Source: a virus (taxonomy: Duplodnaviria > Caudoviricetes). Taken from it: a stretch of 30,892 nucleotides of DNA. The position numbers and the translations under genes are program-made. The stretch is taken from the IMG/VR virus record IMGVR_UViG_3300030101_000937, positions 1-30,892 of that record. The stretch is one strand, 5' to 3'. Shown here one piece after another: positions 16,923-26,409 of this stretch; the first letter of the stretch is position 1, and each line of letters begins with the position of its first letter. The notes beneath the pieces were generated by a model. The model did no database searches and was not told the DNA's origin. It saw only the letters and a list, made by a program, of their open reading frames with translations.

Positions 16923-17912
16923 ATGGCTTTAAAAAGTGCAAGATTAGAAATTTATATATATAGTGGTACAGCAGGTAGCTTTACTTCAAGTGATCTTAGA
17001 TATACTTTGGACAAAGATAGGATTACAAGCCAAAGTAATATAATTTTTGAAATAGGTAATTTAGTAAGGGATTATATTACCCATGATTTTAATAACGACT
17101 ATGCAAGTGTAACTAAATGGGTAACTGTAGTTAAAAGGTTGTTTGATTCTACTACAGGTTTAGAATTTACAAGTGGTTCACCAGTAACTACAAACTTTTT
17201 AGCATTAGATGGGTTTGGTACTTTTGAAGATGAGATAAACCCCCAACTATCTACCAATGCTTTAATATCAGCAGACAATATATATATACCTGAAAACACA
17301 GCAGGTAAGTTACCAATATTTGCAGAAGGTGTAGGTAAGGTTGTAATAGATAGTAGCACAACACAAATAACAGATAGTGGTAATAGCAACCAAAAAATAC
17401 AATACATTACTATACCTGCTAACACTAGCACAATACAAGTATTTGATACAGATGATACAACTTTAAGAAAAACAATTACAGTAAACAATGTATGTGAACC
17501 TAAATACACTTCTTTCAAAGTAACATTTGTAAATAAATTTGGTGCTTATGAAGATTTATATTTCTTTAAGAAAACTACAGAAACTTTTACAGTATCAGAT
17601 GAAACACACAAAACAAACAGTATAGATGTAGAAACTGTTACTTACCCAACTTACAAAGGACAGCAACAAAGATATAATGTAAATGCTATCACAAACTTAC
17701 AAATGAATACAGGGTTTATAAAAGAAGATGCAACCAAAACTATAGAAGAATTATTTTTAAGTGAAAATGTTTTTATAAGATTTGATTCTAAAACATTACC
17801 TATAATACCAAGAAGTAAATCATTTGTACACAAAACAAGTTTGAATGATAAGCTAATAAATTATACAGTAGATTTTGAATTTGCATTTAATCTTATAAAC
17901 AATGTTAGGTAA
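16923..17912 (+). CDS. Putative distal tail/tail-tip protein
   Basis: CEPKY...VTFVNKFGA, L.MNTGF, ELFLSE, LINYT.DFEFA; tail operon context. Confidence 0.6.
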   Translation: MALKSARLEIYIYSGTAGSFTSSDLRYTLDKDRITSQSNIIFEIGNLVRDYITHDFNNDYASVTKWVTVVKRLFDSTTGLEFTSGSPVTTNFLALDGFGTFEDEINPQLSTNALISADNIYIPENTAGKLPIFAEGVGKVVIDSSTTQITDSGNSNQKIQYITIPANTSTIQVFDTDDTTLRKTITVNNVCEPKYTSFKVTFVNKFGAYEDLYFFKKTTETFTVSDETHKTNSIDVETVTYPTYKGQQQRYNVNAITNLQMNTGFIKEDATKTIEELFLSENVFIRFDSKTLPIIPRSKSFVHKTSLNDKLINYTVDFEFAFNLINNVR

Positions 17913-20125
17913 TGATTCAACTGCAATTATTTATAGAAGGCGTTCAGGTAGAACTACATGATAATGAAAGTGTAACACTTACCCAATCATTACAAGATAT
18001 TTTAGATATACAAAAAGTATTTACAGAATTTACAAGGACTTTTAATGTACCTGCTTCTAAAAATAACAACAAAATATTTAAACACTTTTACAACCCTGAT
18101 ATATTAGCAATTAATTTTAGCCCAAAGGATAAAAAGAAAGCAGAATTATTTTTAAACTACAAGCCATTTAAAAAAGGTTTTGTTAAGTACGAAAGTGTAC
18201 AAATGACAAATAACGAACCTGAAAACTACAGATTAACTTTTTTTGGTGAAGGCATAAGTATAAAAGATTTATTTAAAGATGATAAACTACAAGATATTAC
18301 AGAACTAAACAAGTTTTTAACTTATTCAGGTAGTGAAGTAATAGCACAAATGCAAGATGGCAGAGATTATAATATAAATGGTGAAGATGTTACAGATGCA
18401 CTTATATATCCCCTAATAACACACACAGATCGATTAATATATAATAGTGGTGATGATACAGCAGGTACTAAAAACTTATATGTGGGTAGTAATTCACATG
18501 GTTTACTATTTGACCAGTTAAAACCTGCATTTAGAGTACATGGTATTATACTGGCCATACAAAAACATTATAACATAACTTTCAGTAACGATTTTTTTGT
18601 AAATACAAATGCTGATTACTTTAACTTGTATTTATGGATGCACAAACAAAAAGGCACTATATTAAATGAAGATAATGCACCTACAGCTTCTTTACATGGT
18701 GGCCCTTGGACTGGTATAAGTTCTACTTATGATAGTAGTGATCCCAACAGGGCTTTGAGTTTAAAAGGTAACCCTACACTTGGGGTACCCACAGGTTTTT
18801 ATGCACAAGGTAACCAATATAAAAATAATAAATTTTATACAGGTAATAGGTTTATGCAACTGGAAGTAAGTGTAGATGTTGGTGTAGAATACACTATTGA
18901 AATACAACAAAAATTAGGGGGTAACAGTTCAGTATTTCATGAAAGTACACAAACCAGTACAGGTACAGATAAAGTAATAAAATTATCAGATCAAAAGAAG
19001 TTAGAAAAAGGATTTGCATATAGTGTAAGAATTAGGTGTTCTTTAGGTAAAACATTTACTGTAACCATGAGTATATTCGAAAGCACAAAAACCAATGGTA
19101 ACTTTGCAAGTGCTACAAACACATTTGATACTACAGTAACAAAAAATATTTTCTTAAAAGATAATATGCCTGATATTAAGGTAATAGATTTTTTAACTGC
19201 ACTATTTAAGATGTTTAACTTAACTTCTTTCTTTTCAGATAACACCATAAAGGTACAACCCCTACAAGATTTTTATGCAGCAAGTACAGTAGTACATGAT
19301 ATAACAGAACATTTAGATTTAGAAACTTCAGAAGTTACCCTACCCATACCATACGATAATATTAGTTTTAATTATGCAGGTAACGAAACATTTTTTACAG
19401 CTTTTCATAACCAATATATAGGTATCAAGTGGGGGCATTTAAGTACTTCTATATTAGAAGAAGTTACAAACAAAGAATATAAAATTACACTACCATTTGA
19501 ACACATGAAGTTTGAAAGGTTAAGAAATGTAACAGGTAATGCAAACACAGATATACAATGGGGTTGGAGTGTAAACACAGAACAGGAAAGCATACTTACA
19601 AAACCCACACTATTTTATGCACATAAAATTACAAGTGGTACTGCTATAGGAGTTTTAGAAAGTGTAGGGGGTTCAGTAAATGCTATAACTAACTATTACA
19701 TACCTTCTAATTTATCTGATCCTACAAGTGATACACAAAGTATACATTGGGGTGCAGAACAAAATGAATACACAAATGCAAGTGCAGATAAAAGTTTATT
19801 TGCTACTTACTATAGGGATTACATTACAGAAATATTTGATGATAGTAGAAGAATATTTAAGTTTAAAGCATACCTACCAATTAGTATTTTACTGAATTTA
19901 CAACTAAACGATAGAATAATTATTTTCAATACGTTATATAAGATTAATAAAATTGTAACAAATTTTGAAACAGGTTTAAGTAACCTTGAACTGCTAAATG
20001 AAATTAGTGATTTTGATGTACCAATAGATAATGTTATAAATGATGCAATAAAAACTATAGACAATACTGCACTAACAGCAGATAGTACAATAGTAACAGC
20101 AGATAATACGATATTTAGGTTATGA
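17912..20125 (+). CDS. Putative baseplate hub/tail-tip protein
   Basis: 737 aa; FT.TF.VPAS..NNKIF, MPDIK..DFL..LFKMFNL; upstream of the tape measure gene. Confidence 0.6.
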   Translation: MIQLQLFIEGVQVELHDNESVTLTQSLQDILDIQKVFTEFTRTFNVPASKNNNKIFKHFYNPDILAINFSPKDKKKAELFLNYKPFKKGFVKYESVQMTNNEPENYRLTFFGEGISIKDLFKDDKLQDITELNKFLTYSGSEVIAQMQDGRDYNINGEDVTDALIYPLITHTDRLIYNSGDDTAGTKNLYVGSNSHGLLFDQLKPAFRVHGIILAIQKHYNITFSNDFFVNTNADYFNLYLWMHKQKGTILNEDNAPTASLHGGPWTGISSTYDSSDPNRALSLKGNPTLGVPTGFYAQGNQYKNNKFYTGNRFMQLEVSVDVGVEYTIEIQQKLGGNSSVFHESTQTSTGTDKVIKLSDQKKLEKGFAYSVRIRCSLGKTFTVTMSIFESTKTNGNFASATNTFDTTVTKNIFLKDNMPDIKVIDFLTALFKMFNLTSFFSDNTIKVQPLQDFYAASTVVHDITEHLDLETSEVTLPIPYDNISFNYAGNETFFTAFHNQYIGIKWGHLSTSILEEVTNKEYKITLPFEHMKFERLRNVTGNANTDIQWGWSVNTEQESILTKPTLFYAHKITSGTAIGVLESVGGSVNAITNYYIPSNLSDPTSDTQSIHWGAEQNEYTNASADKSLFATYYRDYITEIFDDSRRIFKFKAYLPISILLNLQLNDRIIIFNTLYKINKIVTNFETGLSNLELLNEISDFDVPIDNVINDAIKTIDNTALTADSTIVTADNTIFRL

Positions 20126-20280
20126 TAGAATATATACTAGATATGCTAGAAATAGCAAAGAAAGAAAAACAAATAGGTGAATATACATATATAGCACTAG
20201 GTAAAAACCATTTACCAACAACAATAAAAGAAGGATATAAACAAGTAAAATTAAATATATGTCTGTCAAGAAAACAATAG
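20122..20280 (+). CDS. Hypothetical small protein (52 aa, not in track)
   Basis: MIEYILDMLEIAKKEKQIGEYTYIALGKNHLPTTIKEGYKQVKLNICLSRKQ*; ATGA overlap. Confidence 0.6.
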   Translation: MIEYILDMLEIAKKEKQIGEYTYIALGKNHLPTTIKEGYKQVKLNICLSRKQ

Positions 20281-21884
20281 AAATAGAAGCTATTGCAAAA
20301 GATGCAGTAAAGAAAATAGAAGAATTAACTGGGCAAGTAGAAAACCTAGAAGCACAGCTAAAAGATACCAACAAAACAAGTAAACAAGTAGCAAAAGGTG
20401 TAGGTGCTATAGGTACTACACTAAAAGCAGCAGGTATTGGTTTAATTGTAGCAGCATTTGCAAAGCTAACAGAAGTATTTAATGAAAATCAAAAGGTAAC
20501 AAATATATTCAACACAGCTTTTGAAGCACTATCTTTAGCATTTAATGACTTCTTTAATTTTTTAGATAATAATGTAGGTACAGTTATAGGTTATTTTAAA
20601 GGTATATTTGAAAACCCCCAACAAGCAATAAGTGATTTTGGTACTTCTATTAAAAATAACCTTATAGAAAGGTTTAATAGTTTTTTAGATACACTTGGTT
20701 TTTTAGCTAGTGCAGTAAAAAAAGTATTTAGTGGTGATTTTGCAGGTGCATTAGATGATGTTAAAAATGCAGGTAAAGAAAGTTTAGATGTACTTACAGG
20801 TGTAGACAACACATTTGATAAATCAGTAGAAACAGTAAAAAGTGCAACTTCAGCTATTGTAGATTACACCAAAGAAACAATAAAACAAGCAGCAAGTACA
20901 GTAGATTTAAATAGAAAAGCAGATGTCAGTATAGCTAAAAATAGAATTATATTAGAACAAAAAGATAGGGAAGCTGAAAAGTTAAGGCAAATTAGAGATG
21001 ATGAAAGTGTAAATATTGAAGAAAGAATAAAAGCCAATAATAAACTAGCAGAAGTTCTAGATGAACAAGAAAGGTTGATGTTAGCAAATGCAGATGCAGT
21101 AATAGCAGCAGCACAAGCACAATTTGATAAAAATGCAAATGATGAAAACCAAATAGCACTACTTGATGCAAAGGCAGAAAGAGAAGGCATACTAGCACAG
21201 GTAGAAGGTTTTAGATCAGAACAATTAATAAATATAAATTCTTTAAATAGGGAAAAATTAGATTTGTTAGATGAAGAAAAAGAAAAAGAAATAGAAGCTG
21301 CTGAACTTAAAAAGGAATTAAAAGAACAAGAGAGAGAGGGTATCAAAAGTAATTTAGATACTATAATAGCAGCAGCAGGACAAGAAACAGCAATAGGAAA
21401 AGCTCTATTTGTGGCAAAACAAGCCATGCTTATACAAGAACAAATACAAGATGCTAAAGCCATACTACAACAAATAACAGGTAGGGCAGCAGCAGCAGGT
21501 GTAGATGCAGCAGCAGGTTCAATGCGAACAGCAAGTGCAGTACCATTTCCTGCAAACATACCTTTAATTATAGGATTTGCAGCACAAGCAGCAGGAATAT
21601 TTGCATCTATAAGGTCAGCAGTAAGAGCAACTAAAAGTAGTGCTTCTAAATTTGGTGTATCTGGTGGTGTAATGACTTCAACCCCTAGAATACAAGCAAC
21701 CACAACACCTACTGCATCTGTTCCACCTGCATTTAATGTTGTAGGAGCATCAGATACTAATCAACTTGCAGAAGCAATAAGTGGTAAAGAACAAAAACCA
21801 GTAAAAGCATTTGTAGTTAGTAGTGATGTAAGCAATGCACAAAGTTTAGATAGGAATATAATTGAAACTGCAAGTATTGGGTAA
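20259..21884 (+). CDS. Tape measure protein
   Basis: Long Ala-rich alpha-helical/coiled-coil protein with hydrophobic segments. Confidence 0.75.
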   Translation: MSVKKTIEIEAIAKDAVKKIEELTGQVENLEAQLKDTNKTSKQVAKGVGAIGTTLKAAGIGLIVAAFAKLTEVFNENQKVTNIFNTAFEALSLAFNDFFNFLDNNVGTVIGYFKGIFENPQQAISDFGTSIKNNLIERFNSFLDTLGFLASAVKKVFSGDFAGALDDVKNAGKESLDVLTGVDNTFDKSVETVKSATSAIVDYTKETIKQAASTVDLNRKADVSIAKNRIILEQKDREAEKLRQIRDDESVNIEERIKANNKLAEVLDEQERLMLANADAVIAAAQAQFDKNANDENQIALLDAKAEREGILAQVEGFRSEQLININSLNREKLDLLDEEKEKEIEAAELKKELKEQEREGIKSNLDTIIAAAGQETAIGKALFVAKQAMLIQEQIQDAKAILQQITGRAAAAGVDAAAGSMRTASAVPFPANIPLIIGFAAQAAGIFASIRSAVRATKSSASKFGVSGGVMTSTPRIQATTTPTASVPPAFNVVGASDTNQLAEAISGKEQKPVKAFVVSSDVSNAQSLDRNIIETASIG

Positions 21885-21907
21885 CAAAACACATAAATAA
21901 TTATTGT
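21883..21907 (+). promoter_or_regulatory. Putative late promoter AACAAA-N13-TATTGT-N6-ATG
   Basis: AACAAA 21883-21888, TATTGT 21902-21907, ATG 21914. Confidence 0.8.
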
Positions 21908-21913
21908 TATAGT

Positions 21914-23248
21914 ATGGATATAATAGAACTTTTTATAGATGAAGAAGATGAAGTAAGTGGTATTGATGCAGTAAGTTTAGTAGAAAACCCTGCAATAGAA
22001 GAAGATTTTATAGCACTTAAATCATTAGAATATAAATTTGCAGAAGTAGACAAAGAAAAACGTATAATTATGGGTGCAGCACTTGTACCTAACAAACCTA
22101 TTTTAAGAACTAAAAATGATGAACCTTATTATATATATTTTAGTAGGGAAACAGTAAGAAAAGCAAGTGAATTATTTTTTATAAGGGGTAATGCTAGTAA
22201 ATCTACACTAGAACATGCAGAGCCACTACAGGGTTTAACAGCAGTTGAAACTTGGATAGTAGAAGATTTGAAGAAAGATAAAAGCAGGTTATATGATATG
22301 GAAGTACCTCTAGGTACATGGATGTTATCAATGAAGGTTTTGAATGATGATATTTGGAATAACTATGTAAAAACTGGTAAGGTAAAAGGATTTAGTATAG
22401 AAGGGTACTTTGCAGACAAGTTAGAAAGACCTAATGAACCAAACAAGTTAGAACAAATACAAGAAGAAGAAGCAGATTACCTACTAAACCACCTAAAGGA
22501 CATACTAGAAGATAAACAAGTAGAACTAGAAAGCTATAGTGACTACCCTGATGCAGTAAAAAACAATGCACAAAGGGGTATTGATCTAAATGAAAAAGTA
22601 AATAATAAGTGTGCAACCCAAGTAGGAAAAGTTAGGGCTTCACAATTAGCACAAGGCAAACCAATAACAGCAGAAACTATAAAAAGAATGTATAGCTTTC
22701 TATCTAGGGCAGGTGAATACTATGATGAAGGCAACACAGAAGCATGTGGTACTATTAGTTATTTACTTTGGGGTGGTAAAGCAGGTTTAAGATGGAGTGA
22801 AAGCAAACTAAAAGAACTTGAAATGTTAGCTGAAACAGGCCCAAGAGGTGGTATAAGAAAAAGCCCTAAAGCACCAAAGTCAGGTACACCAAACCCCAAC
22901 CCAAAAGGCAAGGGTACAGCAAAGGGTGATGCTTCTACAAGTAGGGGTGCAAAGGTATCTAAACAAGATGAAGCCACACTAAAGAAAAAAGCAGAAGAAT
23001 TTAATGAAAGGTACAAGAAAAAACTAGGGTATGGTGCTAATGTAGGTACACTTAAAGCTGTATTTCAAAGAGGTTTAGGTGCATTTAATGTTTCACATAG
23101 CCCAAGAGTTAAAAGTGCATCACAATGGTCATTTGCTAGGGTAAATGCTTTTTTATATTTACTAAAAAATGGTAGGCCACAAAACCCAAAGTATACTGGT
23201 GACTATGATTTACTACCTGCTAAACACCCAAAGAGTAGTAAAAAATGA
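21914..23248 (+). CDS. XkdF-like prohead serine protease with long C-terminal extension
   Basis: SLV..PAIE, ST.EH, GTW...., VK.GKVKGFSIEG catalytic-Ser motif; about 270 extra C-terminal residues. Confidence 0.8.
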   Translation: MDIIELFIDEEDEVSGIDAVSLVENPAIEEDFIALKSLEYKFAEVDKEKRIIMGAALVPNKPILRTKNDEPYYIYFSRETVRKASELFFIRGNASKSTLEHAEPLQGLTAVETWIVEDLKKDKSRLYDMEVPLGTWMLSMKVLNDDIWNNYVKTGKVKGFSIEGYFADKLERPNEPNKLEQIQEEEADYLLNHLKDILEDKQVELESYSDYPDAVKNNAQRGIDLNEKVNNKCATQVGKVRASQLAQGKPITAETIKRMYSFLSRAGEYYDEGNTEACGTISYLLWGGKAGLRWSESKLKELEMLAETGPRGGIRKSPKAPKSGTPNPNPKGKGTAKGDASTSRGAKVSKQDEATLKKKAEEFNERYKKKLGYGANVGTLKAVFQRGLGAFNVSHSPRVKSASQWSFARVNAFLYLLKNGRPQNPKYTGDYDLLPAKHPKSSKK

Positions 23249-23394
23249 AAACATTATACATAAAAGAGTACAAACCTTGTAACACAGATGGTAAAAGGGC
23301 TTGTTTATGTCCTGATGGTAAAACTTATTCAAGAAAATGCTGTGATGGCAGTTTTCAGGCACAAGGTATAGGTTCAGTAACAGGCACAAGTTAA
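23245..23394 (+). CDS. Small Cys-rich protein (49 aa, not in track)
   Basis: MKTLYIKEYKPCNTDGKRACLCPDGKTYSRKCCDGSFQAQGIGSVTGTS*; ATGA overlap with the protease stop. Confidence 0.7.
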   Translation: MKTLYIKEYKPCNTDGKRACLCPDGKTYSRKCCDGSFQAQGIGSVTGTS

Positions 23395-23400
23395 AAACAT

Positions 23401-23425
23401 AACAAATAATAAAAAAACATATTGT
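23401..23425 (+). promoter_or_regulatory. Putative late promoter AACAAA-N13-TATTGT-N6-ATG
   Basis: AACAAA 23401-23406, TATTGT 23420-23425, ATG 23432. Confidence 0.8.
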
Positions 23426-23431
23426 AATAAC

Positions 23432-23788
23432 ATGGATACTATAGAAAAAAGAATACAGGCATACCTAAGTAAATTACCCAAAGAACAAGTTAAATTATCT
23501 AAAATAAATGACATACAGGAAAGAATAAATGATGGTTTTGGTTTAGAAGATTTTATTAGAGATGAAATAGAAAAAGCACAAAAATCTTTGACTAAAGCAA
23601 GAGATATTTTACAATTTGATTTTAGAGATGCTTATTTAGATGCAGATGAATTATTGGAAGAATTAGAGAATGAAGTTAAAGAACTAGGTATAGCAGAGCC
23701 ACCAAAAGTAAAAGTTTTAAAATCAGAGTTAAACAAACTAAAAAGTTTAGAGAATAAACTAGAAAATGAAATAAAACAAGTAGGGTAA
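23432..23788 (+). CDS. Helical protein with shared leader; putative capsid-internal protein 1
   Basis: N-terminus MDTIEKRIQAYLSKLPKEQVKLS is shared with the next ORF. Confidence 0.7.
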   Translation: MDTIEKRIQAYLSKLPKEQVKLSKINDIQERINDGFGLEDFIRDEIEKAQKSLTKARDILQFDFRDAYLDADELLEELENEVKELGIAEPPKVKVLKSELNKLKSLENKLENEIKQVG

Positions 23789-23789
23789 G

Positions 23790-24167
23790 ATGAACACTAT
23801 AGAAAAGAGAATACAAGCATATTTAAGTAAGATGCCAAAACAAAAAGTAGAGTTAGCAAGAAAAGCACCTGCAATATTAAAAGATGCACAAAAAATAGAT
23901 GACAGTATAGACAGGGAAAAAGCTAAAGTAGAAAAAGCATTTTTACAATACAGAAAAGTTTGGCAGTCATGGACAAATTTTTTAGAAGATGCTGACCAAA
24001 AACTTACTAAACTAAGATACACAGATTTAGATGAACTGTATAAAAAATTAAATGAAGTTGGTGTAAACCCTAATTCTTTACCTGAAGTAAAACAAGCAGA
24101 ACAAGTTGCTAATAGAGCATTAAATGCTGTAGATGGTTTGAAAAGTGTTTACAAAAAACCACAGTAA
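23790..24167 (+). CDS. Helical protein with shared leader; putative capsid-internal protein 2
   Basis: N-terminus MNTIEKRIQAYLSKMPKQKVELA. Confidence 0.7.
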   Translation: MNTIEKRIQAYLSKMPKQKVELARKAPAILKDAQKIDDSIDREKAKVEKAFLQYRKVWQSWTNFLEDADQKLTKLRYTDLDELYKKLNEVGVNPNSLPEVKQAEQVANRALNAVDGLKSVYKKPQ

Positions 24168-24173
24168 AAATAC

Positions 24174-24198
24174 AACAAACTAAACCAATAATTATTGT
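24174..24198 (+). promoter_or_regulatory. Putative late promoter AACAAA-N13-TATTGT-N6-ATG
   Basis: AACAAA 24174-24179, TATTGT 24193-24198, ATG 24205. Confidence 0.8.
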
Positions 24199-24204
24199 AC
24201 TACT

Positions 24205-24834
24205 ATGAAGGCAGATAATATGTTAGGAAAAATCAAAGAATTGTTAAGTATTGATACTGAAACAAAAGAAGTAAAACTAGAACAAGCTACACTTGAAAAT
24301 GGTACTGTAATAGAAAGTGAAAACTTTGAAGCAGGTAGTGAAGTTTTTATAGTTACAGAAGATGAAAAAGTACCTTTACCAGTTGGTGAATATACTTTAG
24401 AAGATGGTGAAAAATTAATAGTAAAAGAAGAAGGCATTATAGCTTCTATTGGTGCAGAAAAAGAAGAAGAACCTAAAGAAGAAGCTAGTGAAGAAAATTT
24501 AAATACTGATAATATGGAAAATAAAGAAGTTGTACAAGAAGTACAAGAAAACCTTGAAGAAGAGAAGAAAGAAGAAATGCAGTATGCAACTAAAGAAGAA
24601 CTTGCTTCACTTCAAGATGAAATAAAAGAGATCAAAGGAATGATTGAAAAAATGGGTAAAAAAGAAGAAGAAATGAGTGCTGAAGATAAACCCATTGAAG
24701 AAAAAGAAGAACTTTCAGCAGTTGAAAAGGTAAAACATAACCCTGAAGAAGAAGTAAAAACTGAACCTGTATTTATGAGCAGAAGAGGTGAAACAACTTT
24801 TGATAGAGTTATGCGTAGAATTAATAATATATAA
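24205..24834 (+). CDS. Capsid scaffolding protein
   Basis: Very Glu-rich with a basic C-terminal helix; immediately upstream of the capsid gene. Confidence 0.75.
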   Translation: MKADNMLGKIKELLSIDTETKEVKLEQATLENGTVIESENFEAGSEVFIVTEDEKVPLPVGEYTLEDGEKLIVKEEGIIASIGAEKEEEPKEEASEENLNTDNMENKEVVQEVQENLEEEKKEEMQYATKEELASLQDEIKEIKGMIEKMGKKEEEMSAEDKPIEEKEELSAVEKVKHNPEEEVKTEPVFMSRRGETTFDRVMRRINNI

Positions 24835-24845
24835 TAATTTAGAAA

Positions 24846-25766
24846 ATGGCAACAAGTATTTCAACCAGTTATGCAGGCGAATTTGCAGGCAAGTACATCT
24901 CTGCAGCACTACTTTCTGGAAAAACTTTAGGTGAAGAAACAATAACAATTTTACCTAATATAGTGCATAAACAAGTTATGCAAAAAGTAAGCAGTAATGA
25001 CATAGTAAAAAATGGTGTATGTGATTATTCAGATAGTTCAACTTTAACATTATCTGAAAGAACACTAACACTTGAAGATTTTATGGTAAATGTTACTGCT
25101 TGTAAAAAAGATTTCTTAAACACATGGCAAGCTGCAGAAGTTGGTTTAGGTGGTTTAGGTAGAGAGTTACCAAAATCCTTTGCAGATTTTATTATAGGAC
25201 ATTTTTCAGCCAAAGTGGCTCAAAGAATGGAAACTAATATATGGGCAGGAGTAAATGGTACAGATGGGCAGTTTGATGGTTTTAAAGCACTTCTTGCTGC
25301 TGATAGTGATGTAATTGATGTAGTTGCTACAGATGTAACAGCTTCTAATGTTATTACAGAATTAGGTAAAGTTGCAGATGCAATACCAAGTGCTGTATAT
25401 GGACAAGAAGATACTACTATATGGGTGGCAAGTAATGTTTATAGAGCTTATATCAGAGCATTAGGTGGATTTGGTGCGAATGGATTAGGTGCAGCAGGTT
25501 TTGAAGATAGAGGTAACAACCAAGCTATTACACCTGCATTTTTTGATGGTATAAGAATTTCACATGCACAAGGTTTAGGAACTAACGAAATGGTTGCAGG
25601 ACAAAAAAGTAACTTTTTCTTTGGTACTTCTTTACTAAATGACTTGAATGAAGTAAAAGTAATTGACATGAGTGATATAGATGGTTCACAAAATGTTAGG
25701 TTTGTAATGAGATTTCAAGCAGGTGTTCAATTTGGTATTGGTGGTGACTGTGTACAGTATACCTAG
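24846..25766 (+). CDS. Major capsid protein
   Basis: 306 aa after the scaffold gene and followed by a strong terminator; YAGEFAGKYI, E..IW.G, VR..MRF.AGVQ. Confidence 0.8.
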   Translation: MATSISTSYAGEFAGKYISAALLSGKTLGEETITILPNIVHKQVMQKVSSNDIVKNGVCDYSDSSTLTLSERTLTLEDFMVNVTACKKDFLNTWQAAEVGLGGLGRELPKSFADFIIGHFSAKVAQRMETNIWAGVNGTDGQFDGFKALLAADSDVIDVVATDVTASNVITELGKVADAIPSAVYGQEDTTIWVASNVYRAYIRALGGFGANGLGAAGFEDRGNNQAITPAFFDGIRISHAQGLGTNEMVAGQKSNFFFGTSLLNDLNEVKVIDMSDIDGSQNVRFVMRFQAGVQFGIGGDCVQYT

Positions 25767-25786
25767 AATACTAATTAATTAACTAT

Positions 25787-25826
25787 AAAAGGGTAGGTAG
25801 GGTTTATATCTATCTACCTTTTTTTT
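25787..25826 (+). terminator. Rho-independent terminator after the capsid gene
   Basis: GGTAGGTAG...CTATCTACC stem followed by T8. Confidence 0.8.
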
Positions 25827-25839
25827 AAAATATAATATT

Positions 25840-26388
25840 ATGGCATGTAATTTAACAAGGGGTAGAAAAGAACCATGTAAAGATGTAGTTGGTGGTATTA
25901 AGGGTGTGTACTTTTTTGATTTTGGATCAATAACAGCAACTTTTGATAGCACAGACACAGATGTAATAGATAGTTTAGGAGATGTTACTTGCTTTAACTA
26001 TGAGGTAAAGGGTAACAGTAGTTTTGAACAAGCTATTACAAGTTCTAGAGAAAATGGTACAACTTTTTTCGAGCAAACACTAAATCTTACACTAAAAAAA
26101 CTAACAGTACAAGACCATAAAGAATTAAAATTATTATCTTATGGTAGACCACATGTGGTTGTAGAAGATTATAATGGTAATGCCTTTATGATGGGGTTAG
26201 AACATGGTGCAGATGTTTCAGGTGGTACAATAGTTACTGGTGCAGCTATGGGTGATTTAAGTGGTTATACACTTACACTAACAGCACAAGAACTAAAACC
26301 TGCTAACTTTTTAGAAGGTGCAACTTCAGCAAATCCATTTGCAGGACAAACTGGTACAGTAACAGTAACAGAAGGCACAAACAGTTAG
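25840..26388 (+). CDS. Major tail (tube) protein
   Basis: 182 aa; C..GR...C...VGGI, NGT.FFEQTL.L, G....D.SGYTLT..AQE. Confidence 0.7.
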   Translation: MACNLTRGRKEPCKDVVGGIKGVYFFDFGSITATFDSTDTDVIDSLGDVTCFNYEVKGNSSFEQAITSSRENGTTFFEQTLNLTLKKLTVQDHKELKLLSYGRPHVVVEDYNGNAFMMGLEHGADVSGGTIVTGAAMGDLSGYTLTLTAQELKPANFLEGATSANPFAGQTGTVTVTEGTNS

Positions 26389-26409
26389 AATTTGATTTTT
26401 TTGTTTTGA

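Noticed and set aside
20864-21703. 279-aa minus-strand ORF, and the other minus-strand ORFs in the track
   Set aside because: Antisense shadows of + strand genes caused by codon bias; no promoters, start contexts or motifs support them.
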